DNA of 64,000 nucleotides from an uncultured Candidatus Saccharibacteria bacterium (GTDB lineage Bacteria; Patescibacteriota; Minisyncoccia; Phycocordibacterales; UBA9973): NCBI GenBank assembly GCA_964450735.1, contig CAYVDC010000002.1, positions 64,703 to 128,702 of the forward strand, read 5' to 3'. Shown piece by piece: positions 63,598 to 64,000 of this stretch (position 1 is its first letter; each line of letters starts with the position of its first letter). The notes under the pieces were generated by a model. It saw only the letters and a program-made list of their open reading frames with translations, ran no database searches and was not told where the DNA came from. The position numbers and the translations under genes were made by a program.

Positions 63598-64000
63598 ATG
63601 AAAACAATCATCGATGTGAGTACCGACCAGGAAGTGCTTATCAATCAGGATAGTTTGCCTCTTATGATCCACGGACAGGATCGTTCGGGTGCGTCGTTCT
63701 TTACTATCTCGCTAGCCGCTCAGTTTCACGCTGCCGGAAACAAGCTGCTTATCTTCACTGCCTTTCAAATGGCAAAAGAAGAATTTTTGAATCAAGTTGC
63801 GGAGACAGTAGACAAAGTGTTTTATCTGGAATCCGAAAACGATTTTGAAAAAGCAAAAGAATTTCAGACCATCTATGTTCAAAGCGGCAATGTTGATCTG
63901 TTTATGAAAATACTTTCGCAAGCAACTGACAGAATTGTGTTTGTAAAAAATATTGAAACTATTGATCAAGATATTTTTGCAGAACTATCGAGACACCCAT
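63598..64000 (+). CDS. Hypothetical protein, 3-prime partial (runs off the window end)
   Basis: An ATG near 63598 opens a stop-free frame to nt 64000 (MKTIIDVSTDQEVLINQDSLPLMIHGQDRSGASFFTISLAAQFHAAGNKLLIFTAFQ..). Not in the supplied track because it is incomplete; approximate start. Confidence 0.4.
   Translation, partial: MKTIIDVSTDQEVLINQDSLPLMIHGQDRSGASFFTISLAAQFHAAGNKLLIFTAFQMAKEEFLNQVAETVDKVFYLESENDFEKAKEFQTIYVQSGNVDLFMKILSQATDRIVFVKNIETIDQDIFAELSRHP

Noticed and set aside
1-64000. CRISPR arrays, rRNA genes, tRNA genes, transposases/IS elements, prophage genes
   Set aside because: No regularly spaced direct repeats and no rRNA-like conserved stretches. No cloverleaf candidate was found; the only T-loop-like GTTCGAG (near 56708) lacks a pairing T-stem and an acceptor stem. 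The only recombinase is a XerC/D-type housekeeping enzyme with no flanking att-like repeats or phage genes.
1-64000. Alternative genetic code (UGA recoding, as in some CPR lineages)
   Set aside because: Housekeeping proteins (DnaA, DnaN, PNPase, PBP1A, UvrD, TyrS) are full length with canonical termini under the standard code, and ORFs are not systematically broken at TGA.

Overview
This 64 kb window reads as the chromosomal replication-origin neighbourhood of a small, streamlined bacterium. The dnaA-dnaN genes are flanked on both sides by clusters of consensus DnaA boxes (TTATCCACA). Around them sit the expected housekeeping genes: rpmH-rnpA-yidD, yidC-jag, ruvB, yebC, ruvC, tyrS, a class A PBP, rsmA, uvrD, comM, pnp, rpsO, a XerC/D-type recombinase and xth. 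Gene content (a compact 174-aa YebC, weak Shine-Dalgarno signals, many giant low-complexity surface proteins, a type IV secretion (T4SS)-like locus) suggests a Patescibacteria/CPR-like or similar episymbiotic lineage; that is inference only. Coding density is high, nearly every convergent gene pair shares a strong palindromic intrinsic terminator, and I found no rRNA, tRNA, CRISPR array, transposase or prophage. The stand-out feature is a roughly 27 kb run of co-oriented minus-strand genes (18.6-33.3 kb and 36.2-45.4 kb) encoding a non-canonical T4SS-like apparatus: a VirB4-family ATPase split into two abutting ORFs, a VirB3/PrgI-like protein, a 1070-aa VirB6-like polytopic protein with a His-rich tail, a pilin-like protein with a Cys-rich extension, and a peptidoglycan-binding beta-propeller anchor. 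It is interleaved with 0.9-1.1 kaa proteins of unknown function: a His-rich membrane protein, a 1120-aa coiled-coil protein carrying DHH phosphoesterase motifs, and Gly/Thr-repeat secreted proteins. Also notable are a rearranged rpmH/yidC origin cassette containing a UbiA-prenyltransferase fusion gene, an rpsO-pnp pair split by a NYN-nuclease module, and a GC-rich nested hairpin element downstream of the recombinase gene. CDS coordinates come from the supplied ORF track (starts adjusted to the first plausible ATG where the track began on TTG/GTG). Hand-located motifs and hairpins are approximate to about +/-2 nt.
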